Shown here: positions 1-7,275 of the stretch, one piece after another | Layout of the letters: each line of letters opens with the position of its first letter | How positions within the stretch are numbered: position 1 is the first letter of the stretch | Origin: a virus | Lineage: Duplodnaviria > Caudoviricetes | Length of the DNA: 59,567 nt | Reading direction: 5' to 3' (one strand) | Virus record (IMG/VR): IMGVR_UViG_3300030059_001596 | Coordinates: 1 to 59,567 of that record | Position numbers and translations under genes: made by a program | Notes under the pieces: model-generated | What the model was told of the DNA's origin: nothing | Seen by the model: only the letters and a program-made list of their open reading frames with translations | Databases searched by the model: none

Positions 1-535
1 TCTTGCTTTTATCCGCTCTCTTGAACGCGCTCTCCTTAGCTCCGGCAATAGTTCTCGTTAAAGTTTCTTTTCTTTTTTCTAAACGATCTGTAGCTTTCTT
101 CTCTTTCTTCTTACCCTTACCCTTATTATACTCTTTATACCAATCTGTAGTTGCAGATATCTTGAGCTTTTTCCGAGTTGCCTCAACTTTAGACTTAGCT
201 TTTTCTTTAGCCTTAGCGGATTTTTTAGTTCCCTTAGCTTTATCAGCGCGAGTCTTCTCAGCAGCTTTCACCGTTTGCTTGTTAACTTTATTAGCTAACC
301 TTCCAGTTTTCTTACTGCCTTTATCTGCTTTCTTTTTAGCAATTTTTGCGCGAGTCTTCTTTTCAGCTTTAGCAAGCTTTTCTTTGCGCTCTTTGGCTTT
401 CTTCTCCGCCTTAGCCTTCTTCTCTTTGGTTACACGATCCGCTTTCTGTTTGGCAATAGAAGAACGACGAGAAGCAACAGAGTCGGCTTGCGCGCGTATT
501 TTTTTACCTTGTGTAGTAACTGAAGAGGTAGCCAT
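1..535 (-). CDS. Lys/Arg/Ala-rich basic protein, truncated at left window edge
   Basis: ATG at 535 read by hand: MATSSVTTQGKKIRAQADSVASRRSSIAKQKADRVTKEKKAKAEKKAKERKEK...; runs off position 1; TATCTTTG promoter box at 564-571 upstream. The + strand 3..563 ORF is its shadow. Confidence 0.8.
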   Translation of the reverse strand, partial: MATSSVTTQGKKIRAQADSVASRRSSIAKQKADRVTKEKKAKAEKKAKERKEKLAKAEKKTRAKIAKKKADKGSKKTGRLANKVNKQTVKAAEKTRADKAKGTKKSAKAKEKAKSKVEATRKKLKISATTDWYKEYNKGKGKKKEKKATDRLEKRKETLTRTIAGAKESAFKRADKSK

Positions 536-552
536 TATCTATTATTTTGTTT

Positions 553-571
553 TAACTTTGTAGCAAAGATA
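553..571. promoter_or_regulatory. Pair of oppositely oriented Bacteroidota sigma-A -7 boxes
   Basis: TAACTTTG on + (553-560) before ORF 580; TATCTTTG on - (571-564) before ORF 535; both match TAnnTTTG. Confidence 0.7.
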
Positions 572-579
572 CAACTTAA

Positions 580-1014
580 ATGAAAACAAATTATATGAAA
601 TACTGGAGAGTCATCCGGTATTGGGCCAAAGCGAAATATAGCGTAGGCACCCCAGATATAGAAATGCTCCTGTTCCTATATAGCGAAGGGATATTTAATA
701 AGACGAAGTTTAAAGAGTTCGAGCAGTGTATGTCCTGGGACGACGGTAGATTCCACAGCCTACTCAAAGAAGGATGGCTGCAGGTCTTTAGGAAGAACAC
801 AGGGAAACAAACAACACTATACCGCCTGTCACACAAAGGGAGAAGCCTCGTGATAAATATATATAAGAAACTTAACGGAGAAGAGATAGGGGTATCCCCA
901 CAGCTGAACCCGCTCTTTAGAAAGGACGCGTCCTATATGGATAAGGTGTACAGGAATATGATAGTAGAGATGAACGACTTTACAAAACAACAACGACGTC
1001 TCGCTCAACAATAA
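580..1014 (+). CDS. Hypothetical protein, possible winged-helix DNA-binding protein
   Basis: 144 aa with its own promoter; LLKEGWLQVF...TLYRLSHKGR resembles a MarR-like wing. Confidence 0.55.
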   Translation: MKTNYMKYWRVIRYWAKAKYSVGTPDIEMLLFLYSEGIFNKTKFKEFEQCMSWDDGRFHSLLKEGWLQVFRKNTGKQTTLYRLSHKGRSLVINIYKKLNGEEIGVSPQLNPLFRKDASYMDKVYRNMIVEMNDFTKQQRRLAQQ

Positions 1015-1237
1015 CAGTGTATGGTTTCTCGTTAACGAACATACTGTGCCCGGCAGATTTATCATAGTAGATAAAGTCTCCCGCAGATATAGATTTAACT
1101 TCGGTTCCAGGCTTTACAACCTTTCCCTTTTGATATCTAAATCCAGAGGCGTCTTCCTGAGAAAGTAAGAGGCCAGACTCAGTCTTTAAAGTCTGCTCGA
1201 TTTTTTCTATCACTATATATTTACCAATCGGTTTCAT
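980..1237 (-). CDS. groES: Co-chaperonin GroES (Cpn10)
   Basis: MKPIGKYIVI...KTESGLLL...GKVVKPG...GDFIYY...ERDV matches the Cpn10 pattern; lies next to groEL. Confidence 0.9.
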   Translation of the reverse strand: MKPIGKYIVIEKIEQTLKTESGLLLSQEDASGFRYQKGKVVKPGTEVKSISAGDFIYYDKSAGHSMFVNEKPYTVIVERDVVVVL

Positions 1238-1373
1238 CGTACTTGTCTATTATTAAAGCTATGTTAACAAAAGGGAGGTATAGAACGTGAGACGTTACAT
1301 CCTCTAAATCGTAGGAGCGTATCCCAAATAAAACCCCCCAGTAGAATCCTATATTTATTTCCCAGGAACTCAT
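1221..1373 (-). CDS. 50-aa hydrophobic protein between groEL and groES (not in ORF track)
   Basis: MSSWEINIGFYWGVLFGIRSYDLEDVTSHVLYLPFVNIALIIDKYDETDW*; ATGA overlap with the groEL stop; fills the gap exactly. Confidence 0.65.
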   Translation of the reverse strand: MSSWEINIGFYWGVLFGIRSYDLEDVTSHVLYLPFVNIALIIDKYDETDW

Positions 1374-2965
1374 ACTCGAGCGTGAGTGATGATAGCATTT
1401 GTACTAAGGATAGTAGTGGCTACACTCACCGCATTGATTAAAGCATTCTTGGTAACCTTAAGTGGATCGATAACACCCATCTTGTACATGTCCCCGTACT
1501 TCTCGTTCTTAACATCGAACCCATGGGTGTCGTCTATAAGATCGTCGTTGTCCATGATGCTCTCTCCGTCCAACCCCGCGTTCTCCATGATCTGAAGTAA
1601 AGGGGATTTAAAAGCAAAATGTAAAATACGTAACGCTATGTCATGTTCTATATGATCGTTCATGTCTTCCGAAAGGTCAGGAGCCAAACGCCATAAGGCT
1701 AACCCGCCACCCGGAAGGATGCCTTCCTGAAGGGCGCTGCGTACCGCGCAGACAGAGTCATCGACTCTGTCAAATTTTTCCTTCTGCTCGATGTCACTAT
1801 CCCCACCAACATAGATGCACCCTATGCCGCCAGCTAAACTGGCGATGCGTGTGTTGATGAAGTCGCGCTCACCCTTGTTCTTAGTTCTCACCTGCTGCTC
1901 ACGTAATTCCTCTACGCGAGTCTTGCACTCCTCATTGACCTCAGAGCCAGTAATGATGACAGTAGAGTCTTTGCCCGCCACAACTTTTTCAGCATGACCT
2001 AAATCTTTAGGAAGGATAAGACTTAAGTCGTCGCCCGTCTTCTCAGAGAAGTACGTAGCCCCAACAGCCAAAGCAATATCCTGCATGAGCTCGTGCTGCT
2101 TGTATCCGAAGTTGGGAGGAGGAACGTTGCAAAACTTTAATCCGTTCTTAACAACATTGGCCGCCAAAGTGTTTACCATATTCCCGCTGCAGCTCCCTAT
2201 GATTAAAAGCTTCTCTCCATTTTGTATAACGTCCTTCAAGACATTCTCGATCTGCATGATGTTGTTTATCTCAGAATCGCAAACTAAAATCTTTACGTCA
2301 TCCAAAATACACTCATCCTTCTTGTGGTTGTTGATAAACAAAGGAGAGCTATACCCACGGTCAACCTTGATGCCCGTAGTGATATCAGCGTAGGTCTCTG
2401 CCGTCTGGGAGCGCTCAACCGTAACAATGCCATCCAACCCAACCTCGTTATACGTGTCCGTGATAAGCTTGCCTAAAACCTTATCGCTGTTGGCAGAGAT
2501 AGTAGCGACATCCAAAAGACGCTTGCCCGTAACCTTACGAGAACGCTTCTCTAATTTCTTAATGACCTCGTCCACCTTCTCTCGGATAATACGGATGACC
2601 TCCGTAGCATTTACATCGCCGCTCATGTGCTCTATGCCAGAACGAACTAAAGCTTCCGTAAGAACAATAGCCGTGGTGGTTCCATCACCAGCAATGGAAG
2701 CCGTCTTACTCGCAGCTTCCTTTACCATACGTACAGCTATGTTCTCAACGGGATCGTATAGATCAATACTCCTCGCTACAGTGACACCATCCTTGGTGAC
2801 AGTTAATCCGCCAAGGTGGTTTGTAGATTCAATGATGACAGTCTTGCCTCGTGGGCCCAGCGTACTCTTAACTGCTTTAGAGATTGCAGTGATCCCGCTG
2901 ATAAGTTTTGCCCTGCCCTCTTCGTCGAAGGAAAGGTCTTTAGCAATGTAACCTTGCTCTTGCAT
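1370..2965 (-). CDS. groEL: Chaperonin GroEL (Cpn60)
   Basis: TLGPRG, TKDGVTVA, GDGTTTA, DRGYSSP, PGGG and GVIDPLKV motifs; 531 aa; no GGM tail. Confidence 0.97.
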   Translation of the reverse strand: MQEQGYIAKDLSFDEEGRAKLISGITAISKAVKSTLGPRGKTVIIESTNHLGGLTVTKDGVTVARSIDLYDPVENIAVRMVKEAASKTASIAGDGTTTAIVLTEALVRSGIEHMSGDVNATEVIRIIREKVDEVIKKLEKRSRKVTGKRLLDVATISANSDKVLGKLITDTYNEVGLDGIVTVERSQTAETYADITTGIKVDRGYSSPLFINNHKKDECILDDVKILVCDSEINNIMQIENVLKDVIQNGEKLLIIGSCSGNMVNTLAANVVKNGLKFCNVPPPNFGYKQHELMQDIALAVGATYFSEKTGDDLSLILPKDLGHAEKVVAGKDSTVIITGSEVNEECKTRVEELREQQVRTKNKGERDFINTRIASLAGGIGCIYVGGDSDIEQKEKFDRVDDSVCAVRSALQEGILPGGGLALWRLAPDLSEDMNDHIEHDIALRILHFAFKSPLLQIMENAGLDGESIMDNDDLIDDTHGFDVKNEKYGDMYKMGVIDPLKVTKNALINAVSVATTILSTNAIITHARV

Positions 2966-2991
2966 TTGAAATTAAATTAAAGTTTACTTGG

Positions 2992-2999
2992 CAAATATA
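2992..2999 (-). promoter_or_regulatory. Bacteroidota -7 promoter box for groEL operon
   Basis: TATATTTG 26 nt upstream of the groEL ATG. Confidence 0.65.
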
Positions 3000-3010
3000 T
3001 AACAAATACT

Positions 3011-3121
3011 TTATGCCAAAACATATAGCATAGAAAAAGTTAACAACGTGTAGGCGATAACTACAATGTTTAATCTGGCGTTCTCGTCCATGGATCTGTA
3101 ACGGTAAATAATCTTCTTCAT
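3011..3121 (-). CDS. 36-aa single-TM peptide (not in ORF track)
   Basis: MKKIIYRYRSMDENARLNIVVIAYTLLTFSMLYVLA*; variant promoter box TATCTTCG at 3141-3148. Confidence 0.45.
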   Translation of the reverse strand: MKKIIYRYRSMDENARLNIVVIAYTLLTFSMLYVLA

Positions 3122-3164
3122 CTTGAAATTAATTGGGGCGCGAAGATACTATATAAATTCTAAA

Positions 3165-3368
3165 AACAAATGTTATTGTGTTAAACTTTCTTTCCGATGA
3201 ACTACTATATATATTTTACTACTTCTCTTTTCTTTTTTTTATTTATTTTATTTACTTTAAATTTAACATTTTAACATTAAAAGAAGTAAGAGACTAAGAA
3301 CTAAGAACTTAAGAGAAAAAAGATTAACATGAGATTAACATGAGAATGGTTTAAACTAACATTTTAAG
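3165..3368. repeat. AT-rich iteron-like element (TTAACAT repeats), copy 1
   Basis: ATGTTA/GTGTTAA, a pyrimidine tract, TTAACATTTTAACATTAAA (3263-3281), then GATTAACATGA x2 and CTAACAT. Confidence 0.55.
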
Positions 3369-3370
3369 GT

Positions 3371-3397
3371 AAAAAAAGGGAACCCGATAAGATTCCC
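3371..3397 (-). terminator. Intrinsic terminator
   Basis: GGGAATC-TTATCG-GGTTCCC followed by T7, downstream of ORF 3425-3625. Confidence 0.8.
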
Positions 3398-3424
3398 CTC
3401 TAATAATTCTGTTGGTATGGTAGA

Positions 3425-3625
3425 CTAAAACTCTAACTCGTTAAACTTTTTCTTGTTCTCGGCCAACTGAATGCCCTCTGCAATTTGGTTTATCTTTCTG
3501 TCGTTAGTAATGGATCTCTTAATGCGAGCAGCTTGAGCAATCCCACTTTCACCTGGTGCGCGAGAGTTAATTAAACGTCCGCCCTCTACATATAAGCCGT
3601 CTACGAAATCTGATATCTTTTTCAT
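3425..3625 (-). CDS. Hypothetical protein (66 aa)
   Basis: Start reassigned to ATG 3625 because a TATCTTTG box lies at 3641-3648; has its own terminator. Confidence 0.7.
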   Translation of the reverse strand: MKKISDFVDGLYVEGGRLINSRAPGESGIAQAARIKRSITNDRKINQIAEGIQLAENKKKFNELEF

Positions 3626-3783
3626 GGTAGTTATTTTTGACAAAGATACAAAAAAATTTTAGATGTCCAGGGGTTGAGGGTTATTATAGGTCACACACGA
3701 CATATCGGCTGGAGGAAACTGATTTTTTTTAGAGGGGGGGGTGATGTTTTCAAAATTTCCTTTGAGATGTTTCAGCTTTTCTA

Positions 3784-3826
3784 CTCGGCTCGGCTCGGCT
3801 CGGCTTGGCTCGGCTCTCATGCTCGG
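3784..3826 (+). repeat. (CTCGG)n pentamer tandem repeat in non-coding strand-switch region
   Basis: CTCGG x4, CTTGG, CTCGG (3784-3813) plus one more copy at 3822-3826. Confidence 0.9.
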
Positions 3827-4054
3827 CTCTCTCCCTTCCTCGTTCCGTTCTGCGTAGTGATATGCTCCCTTTGTACGTCTCTCCTCTCTTCCTTCCCCCA
3901 TATAGAGAAGGAATAACCTTGTTGAGAGAGAGAGAGACAAGGGTTAAAACCCCAACGAACACAGCTATCCACAAACATTTCACATATTTCTTCAATTATT
4001 TTCCTCAGCGTGTGCGGTAGTTGTAGAGCATTTATGCACATTTTATGCTATACC

Positions 4055-4087
4055 TTGTCGAAGTACGGAAAGTATACACTATCTTTG
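4055..4087 (+). promoter_or_regulatory. Early promoter (Bacteroidota sigma-A type)
   Basis: TTG at 4055-4057 and TATCTTTG at 4080-4087, immediately before the early ORF array. Confidence 0.7.
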
Positions 4088-4131
4088 CTAAAGTAATAAC
4101 GAAACAATACTAATTTAATACCCAAATCAAT

Positions 4132-4203
4132 ATGCCTATCTTCCTTATCATCATCACAGTCTTCACAGTCATCTCTTTCACTATCTCATTCATCACCGAC
4201 TAA
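4132..4203 (+). CDS. 23-aa hydrophobic peptide (first early gene)
   Basis: MPIFLIIITVFTVISFTISFITD*; leader AATCAAT-ATG shared with the next ORF. Confidence 0.5.
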   Translation: MPIFLIIITVFTVISFTISFITD

Positions 4204-4213
4204 TCTAATCAAT

Positions 4214-4327
4214 ATGTTTGCAACCACAGTTATCACAATCGTTTTAATCGCTATCTCTACAATGATAGCACTACAGTTAATTGCTGACTACAAGACACGT
4301 TCATTCGCTAAGCACACAACTAAGTAA
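4214..4327 (+). CDS. 37-aa single-TM peptide
   Basis: MFATTVITIVLIAISTMIALQLIADYKTRSFAKHTTK*; same AATCAATATG leader. Confidence 0.55.
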   Translation: MFATTVITIVLIAISTMIALQLIADYKTRSFAKHTTK

Positions 4328-4329
4328 CT

Positions 4330-4557
4330 ATGACTATTAACACAACCACATCAGAAGCGACTCAGGACAACGGTAATATCTACAAGCACGTAAACACTCA
4401 GACATTCAACGAGGTGTCTCACAAATCAAAAAACGAGTACTTTATAAACGGTAAGCAAGTCCGCAACCACGATAGATACATAGTTGAATCGACATTAGAC
4501 AATACGCACCCAAGAAACACAAAGACTACCTATACCACAAACCAATCTAACCTTTAA
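4330..4557 (+). CDS. Hypothetical early protein
   Basis: 75 aa, tightly packed in the early array. Confidence 0.6.
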   Translation: MTINTTTSEATQDNGNIYKHVNTQTFNEVSHKSKNEYFINGKQVRNHDRYIVESTLDNTHPRNTKTTYTTNQSNL

Positions 4558-4568
4558 TACCTATTACT

Positions 4569-4853
4569 ATGAACAATAACACACAAGACCAAAACGAAGC
4601 AGTGATTAACCACCTACAGTCTAAAATCGCAGAGTTGAAAGCTGAGGCTAAGCTACAAGCTAACCTATTAACCGACCTATCAGAGAAGGCTTACAGCAAG
4701 GTTATAAAGAGCGTATATACTGTATGGGTGGGAGGTTGTGAGGTTAACGAAGATTATCTAACCTTAAGAGACGCTAAGGATATGGAGGCAGAGTATTTGA
4801 ATGATGGATACGATGATGTCGTTATTGAGGAGTTAGTCCTATCTACCAAGTAA
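4569..4853 (+). CDS. Hypothetical early protein (coiled-coil plus small acidic domain)
   Basis: 94 aa; its TAA stop lies inside stem I of hammerhead 1. Confidence 0.75.
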   Translation: MNNNTQDQNEAVINHLQSKIAELKAEAKLQANLLTDLSEKAYSKVIKSVYTVWVGGCEVNEDYLTLRDAKDMEAEYLNDGYDDVVIEELVLSTK

Positions 4854-4899
4854 CACTGACGAGACCTTGATGGTCGAAACGTCGCGAGACGTCTGTTAC
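4850..4899 (+). ncRNA. Type I hammerhead ribozyme, copy 1
   Basis: Stem I GUAACA/UGUUAC; core CUGACGA; stem II GACC-UUGAU-GGUC; GAAA; stem III ACGUC-GCGA-GACGU; GUC cleavage triplet, cut after C4893. Confidence 0.93.
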
Positions 4900-4925
4900 A
4901 AATTTATTCACTAATACACAATACC

Positions 4926-5216
4926 ATGAACGATTCAGTACTATATCTAAAACAGGTAGTTACAATCAAAGACCTTCAGCTCGAGAACGCAAGACTACAG
5001 CTACAAATTGAAGAGTTGAATGAGACAATCGGAGGTCTTAACGACAAGCTATTTCATCTTGACAATGGTTGGAACAAATCTATCGATGCTCACGAGGTTA
5101 CTAAGCAACGTCTACTCAAGTACGAGAACGAGGTAGGCACACCTCACAACAAAGGAATATCCGACCATCGACTCGGTGGAGCGCATAAGTTTTATGACGA
5201 TTTCCAGAGCGAGTAA
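4926..5216 (+). CDS. Hypothetical coiled-coil protein bracketed by two hammerheads
   Basis: 96 aa, heptad-rich N-half; TAA stop inside stem I of hammerhead 2. Confidence 0.75.
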   Translation: MNDSVLYLKQVVTIKDLQLENARLQLQIEELNETIGGLNDKLFHLDNGWNKSIDAHEVTKQRLLKYENEVGTPHNKGISDHRLGGAHKFYDDFQSE

Positions 5217-5262
5217 CACTGACGAGACCTTGATGGTCGAAACGTCGCGAGACGTCTGTTAC
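5213..5262 (+). ncRNA. Type I hammerhead ribozyme, copy 2
   Basis: Identical to copy 1 (52-bp direct repeat 4849-4900 / 5212-5263); cut after C5256. Confidence 0.93.
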
Positions 5263-5286
5263 ATTTATTCACCAATCTAATTTAAG

Positions 5287-5484
5287 ATGACGTTACAAGA
5301 CAAAATTCACCACACCGAACAGATGGCTAATGCTATCCAACGCAGAGAGGACTTCTACACTCTTGAGACCGACAAGGTCAGACACATCGAGTTGCCTACA
5401 CCACAAGTTGCTGGTACGATGACACAACAACGCACGTATGCGATGGGCAAAGCTATGGACATCATTGAAAGCATAGCGCGATGA
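5287..5484 (+). CDS. Hypothetical early protein
   Basis: 65 aa; preceded by the repeated TTATTCACCAATCTAATTTAAG leader. Confidence 0.7.
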   Translation: MTLQDKIHHTEQMANAIQRREDFYTLETDKVRHIELPTPQVAGTMTQQRTYAMGKAMDIIESIAR

Positions 5485-5738
5485 ATAAGGCACAAAATAT
5501 AATGCGTAAGATATACGACACATACGCTAAGTATGGAGTATACGCTCAGGGGAAGCAAATAGCTGACAACTACCACGACCATATGCTCCACTCATACGAA
5601 CGCGCTCAGAGCCTATATGCAGAGGCTGACGAGTATCCGATGGACGAGGTCTTGGAAGCGTTAAACGATGAACTTAAATATATCAATCACTTCAAGAAGA
5701 TTCACGTTCTCCTCGCAACCATTCCCTCACTCGTATAA
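5481..5738 (+). CDS. Hypothetical early protein
   Basis: 85 aa; ATGA overlap with the previous gene. Confidence 0.7.
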   Translation: MNKAQNIMRKIYDTYAKYGVYAQGKQIADNYHDHMLHSYERAQSLYAEADEYPMDEVLEALNDELKYINHFKKIHVLLATIPSLV

Positions 5739-5744
5739 CTAACA

Positions 5745-5791
5745 AGCGGAGGTAGTGCGTACCTCGAGATGATTCGCCTCGTCTCTCCGCT
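5745..5791 (+). ncRNA. Candidate three-way-junction structured RNA
   Basis: P1 AGCGGA/UCCGCU; P2 GGUA-GUGCG-UACC; P3 GAGAUGA-UUCGCC-UCGUCUC; intergenic and GC-rich against an AT-rich context. Confidence 0.55.
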
Positions 5792-5817
5792 CTAATTATT
5801 CACTAATCTAATTTAAG

Positions 5818-5964
5818 ATGATAACATACGACATATCAATCAAACGTGGCAATCGCTACGTGTTCCAAACCAAGACGTTCACCAGTGAACTACACTTTTC
5901 ACAATGGTACGACAAGGTGAGCGCATCAGGAGATAAAATAATCGACACAATTAAGAAAGCATGA
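5818..5964 (+). CDS. 48-aa hypothetical protein (not in ORF track)
   Basis: MITYDISIKRGNRYVFQTKTFTSELHFSQWYDKVSASGDKIIDTIKKA*; repeated leader; ATGA overlap with 5961. Confidence 0.7.
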   Translation: MITYDISIKRGNRYVFQTKTFTSELHFSQWYDKVSASGDKIIDTIKKA

Positions 5965-6359
5965 CAACATTTGAAAACGACATCAGATTAGCGTACATCA
6001 GTACGTTATTAAACGGAAGGTATACACTCCTTCAAGATGGTACAGAAAACCCTACCATCGGTTTCATCGTAGGTGGTGCAACCAAGAGTGAAACTATGGT
6101 GCTCCATGCAGACGTAGAGGTAGCCGAGCAATACGCAGAGTTTCAGAAACTATGGTTGAGATACTCTATGAAAGTGATTCAGTACAACGATTGGGAAGGT
6201 AGACGTTTGTCGGGAGTAGGAACGTGGATACATGAAGGTAAGATAGTCTTTGATATCGTACAACATTTTCATAGGCTTGACGAAGCTACGCAACAAGCCA
6301 ATCAACGCAAAGAAATTGCGATATGGGATTGTAAAAACCAAAAAGAGATAACACTATGA
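5961..6359 (+). CDS. Hypothetical early protein
   Basis: 132 aa; GVGTW...VFDI...NQRKEIAIWD pattern; overlapped starts and stops. Confidence 0.75.
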   Translation: MTTFENDIRLAYISTLLNGRYTLLQDGTENPTIGFIVGGATKSETMVLHADVEVAEQYAEFQKLWLRYSMKVIQYNDWEGRRLSGVGTWIHEGKIVFDIVQHFHRLDEATQQANQRKEIAIWDCKNQKEITL

Positions 6360-6619
6360 AATACGCACGTAAATGCTCGATAACGAGCGAAGGAATGAAC
6401 GAAGGTTGGTTGCAAGGCGATGGGGAGCAATACTTCAAGTATGAGAAGGATGTGATTGCTTGGCTACGAGAGGTTGAGTTCGGTACATACGATAGTCAAA
6501 GCGATGACCTAATGCTTGAAGAGGCAGTCGAACAAGATGTCCTTTATTGGACTGTATGGGAGGATGAAAGCGAACACCAATACGAAGAAATTAACGGAAA
6601 GCTAATTGAAATACAATGA
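6356..6619 (+). CDS. Acidic hypothetical protein
   Basis: 87 aa, D/E- and aromatic-rich; ATGA overlaps. Confidence 0.75.
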   Translation: MKYARKCSITSEGMNEGWLQGDGEQYFKYEKDVIAWLREVEFGTYDSQSDDLMLEEAVEQDVLYWTVWEDESEHQYEEINGKLIEIQ

Positions 6620-6927
6620 ATATAACAAATCAAATTATAGCCTATGAGATGGGCAAGTTAAACGATGTTGACTGTTTAGAGTTATTCTCTGAGTTAATCC
6701 GATCGGGCATGGCTTGGAATCTACAAGGTCATTATGGAAGGACTGCTACGTCTTATATAAACGAAGGATATATAGATGGAGATGGTGAAATAATCCACGA
6801 CATAGTAGGTGATGACAAACCCATGTGTGCTAATTGTGGAGAGTATGAAGTAGAGGTTGAAGGTCAGCCTTGCTCTAAAGAATGTCGCGATGAGTACATC
6901 GCTGATTGGCTAACTGAAAAAGAATAA
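6616..6927 (+). CDS. Phage protein with C-terminal Cys4 Zn-ribbon-like motif
   Basis: AWNLQGHYGRTA motif; CANC...CSKEC. Confidence 0.75.
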   Translation: MNITNQIIAYEMGKLNDVDCLELFSELIRSGMAWNLQGHYGRTATSYINEGYIDGDGEIIHDIVGDDKPMCANCGEYEVEVEGQPCSKECRDEYIADWLTEKE

Positions 6928-6931
6928 TAAA

Positions 6932-7063
6932 ATGAAAGAACAAATCAAAGGGTTAATTGAGTACGCCAAAAACCCAAAGTACTCAGAAGAGGGAGAGAAC
7001 TATTTATCTGATGGACAGATGTTAGATATTATCCTCGAACAGTTAGAAAAACTAATCAAATGA
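6932..7063 (+). CDS. 43-aa hypothetical protein (not in ORF track)
   Basis: MKEQIKGLIEYAKNPKYSEEGENYLSDGQMLDIILEQLEKLIK*; fills the gap. Confidence 0.65.
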   Translation: MKEQIKGLIEYAKNPKYSEEGENYLSDGQMLDIILEQLEKLIK

Positions 7064-7074
7064 AATAAGAAAAC

Positions 7075-7275
7075 ATGACTAAGAAAGCAATTAAATATGC
7101 GATGAAGAATTTACTTATAATCGAAAACGATAACGATGTAACGTTCCATGAGAAGATAGACCAATTAGGTATATACGTGGAGTTTAGGAGTGGTAGAAAC
7201 GTCAGCATATCGGACGATGAAATCTACTACCAAGCAGAGGAATATTTAGACAACGAAAAAAGAGAATTAAGATGA
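7075..7275 (+). CDS. Acidic hypothetical protein
   Basis: 66 aa in the early array. Confidence 0.7.
   Translation: MTKKAIKYAMKNLLIIENDNDVTFHEKIDQLGIYVEFRSGRNVSISDDEIYYQAEEYLDNEKRELR

Noticed and set aside
3-563. + strand 186-aa hydrophobic ORF (also 57810-58052 and 58546-58893)
   Set aside because: Antisense shadows of Lys/Ala-rich - strand genes, which have ATG starts, tight packing and a promoter.
3659-4041. Five overlapping ORFs with AEPSR/ARLGS repeats
   Set aside because: Translations of the CTCGG and GA microsatellites in a region between divergent promoters; mostly non-ATG starts.
4849-5263. 52-bp direct repeat as a CRISPR array or integron attC sites (TAAC...GTTA ends with embedded stop)
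   Set aside because: Only two copies separated by a whole gene; no cas or integrase genes; poor match to RYYYAAC/GTTRRRY and short for attC. The hammerhead consensus accounts for essentially the whole repeat.
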